Part shown: positions 63,160-64,000 of the stretch, in pieces | How the letters are laid out: each line of letters starts with the position of its first letter | Numbering within the stretch: the first letter of the stretch is position 1 | NCBI GenBank assembly: GCA_002320595.1 | Contig: DCKB01000059.1 | Span: 687 to 64,686 of the forward strand | Direction: 5' to 3' | DNA length: 64,000 bases | From: Christensenella sp. UBA1685 | Lineage (GTDB): Bacteria > Bacillota > Clostridia > Christensenellales > CAG-138 | The notes under the pieces: model-generated | The model's database searches: none | What the model was told of the DNA's origin: nothing | Seen by the model: only the letters and a program-made list of their open reading frames with translations | Made by a program: the position numbers and the translations under genes

Positions 63160-64000
63160 TATGTTCCGACCTCCTTTAAATAGGTTTGTATGCTTTCTGT
63201 GAGCTTTGCTACGGCCGCGTCCATCGTCGTGCCATGCAGCTGCGCGCCGGCCACCGTCAGGTGCCCGCCGCCGCCGATGCGCTCAAGAATAATCTGCACG
63301 TTGATGTCCCCAAGGCTCCGCCCGCTGATCATGACCGTATCGCCCATGTCCGCAAGCACGAAGGACGCCTCGATCCCCTTGATGGAGAGCAGCGCATCCG
63401 CTGCCTGCGCCGCAATAAGAGAGCCGTTTACCACATCCGCCGGGCAGGTGGAAATGGCGATGCCGTGTTCCATCACAAGCGCGGTTTCCACAACGCGCGT
63501 CCTATCCCGGAAGGTCTGCATATCATCCTGATACATCAGCTTTACAAGGTTGTTGTCCGCACCGCCCTTGCGCAGGTATCCCGCCGCTTCAAAGGTACGC
63601 GCGCCCGTGTTGAATGCAAAGCGTTTGGTGTCCATTGTGATGCCGGCGAGCAGAGCGCTGCATTCAAAGGCCGTGGGCCTCAGATGGTCGTCGAAATACT
63701 GGAGCACCTCGGTGACCATTTCGCAGGTGCTGGAAGCGCCTGCTTCCAGATAATTGAGCGTGGGGTTTTGCAGGGAGTCCACGCTGCGGCGGTGATGATC
63801 GATAATCACGGTTTTGCCTGCCCGCTCATAGAGCTCGGGATCCAATACGGAGCTTTCACGCTGCGTATCCACAATGATGAGCACCGAACCCGGCCGGAGC
63901 ATCTGCACAACCTGCTCCGGGGTGCGGATGGAATCATGGTAAAGCTTGTTGGAGCGCATTGTGTCGATCGCACCGTCGATGGTGGTGTTGGGCTCATCCA
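63159..64000 (-). CDS. DHH/DHHA1 phosphoesterase, GdpP-like (C-terminal part; the 5' end lies beyond the window)
   Basis: VIIDHHRR (DHH) and [12 protein letters not shown] (DHHA1 GGGH) motifs. The frame stays open to the window edge. Position upstream of rplI-dnaB matches gdpP synteny in Firmicutes. Confidence 0.82.
   Translation of the reverse strand, partial: DEPNTTIDGAIDTMRSNKLYHDSIRTPEQVVQMLRPGSVLIIVDTQRESSVLDPELYERAGKTVIIDHHRRSVDSLQNPTLNYLEAGASSTCEMVTEVLQYFDDHLRPTAFECSALLAGITMDTKRFAFNTGARTFEAAGYLRKGGADNNLVKLMYQDDMQTFRDRTRVVETALVMEHGIAISTCPADVVNGSLIAAQAADALLSIKGIEASFVLADMGDTVMISGRSLGDINVQIILERIGGGGHLTVAGAQLHGTTMDAAVAKLTESIQTYLKEVGT

Overview
This looks like a high-GC Firmicutes/Clostridia chromosomal segment. 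That is an inference from gene content: spmA-spmB spore-maturation genes, the DHH(gdpP-like)-rplI-dnaB order, and greA-lysS. I call about 57 protein-coding genes, one tRNA-Ala(CGC) and one nonsense-interrupted ABC exporter. Housekeeping blocks are greA-lysS, argG-argH-argD, hpt, dut, carA-carB and rplI-dnaB. Other content includes two MATE exporters, a YtrA-type GntR with an ABC-2 pair, a split chromate-transporter pair, a glycolipid GT plus acyltransferase operon, and a minus-strand run of seven peptide/muropeptide hydrolases (M24, 3x M42, M19, Amidase_2). A 52-aa rubredoxin gene is missing from the ORF track and sits behind a four-domain flavodiiron protein. Observations worth a second look: (1) a translationally coupled CotH-kinase / VTC-type polyphosphate-polymerase-like / DUF4956 membrane-protein triad with its own internal palindromic promoter; (2) CarB fused in frame to a DapF-like domain whose first catalytic Cys codon reads GGC (Gly); (3) modular GC-rich hairpin repeats shared in both orientations by at least six intergenic regions, one hairpin showing compensatory arm changes; (4) a 1.6-kb AT-rich cassette bounded by ~35-bp imperfect inverted repeats with no transposase; (5) an E2/CAT-fold acyltransferase whose HxxxDG motif reads ExxxDG, adjacent to and apparently co-transcribed with an acyl-CoA ligase. 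All functional calls rest on motif recognition by eye. No database search was run.
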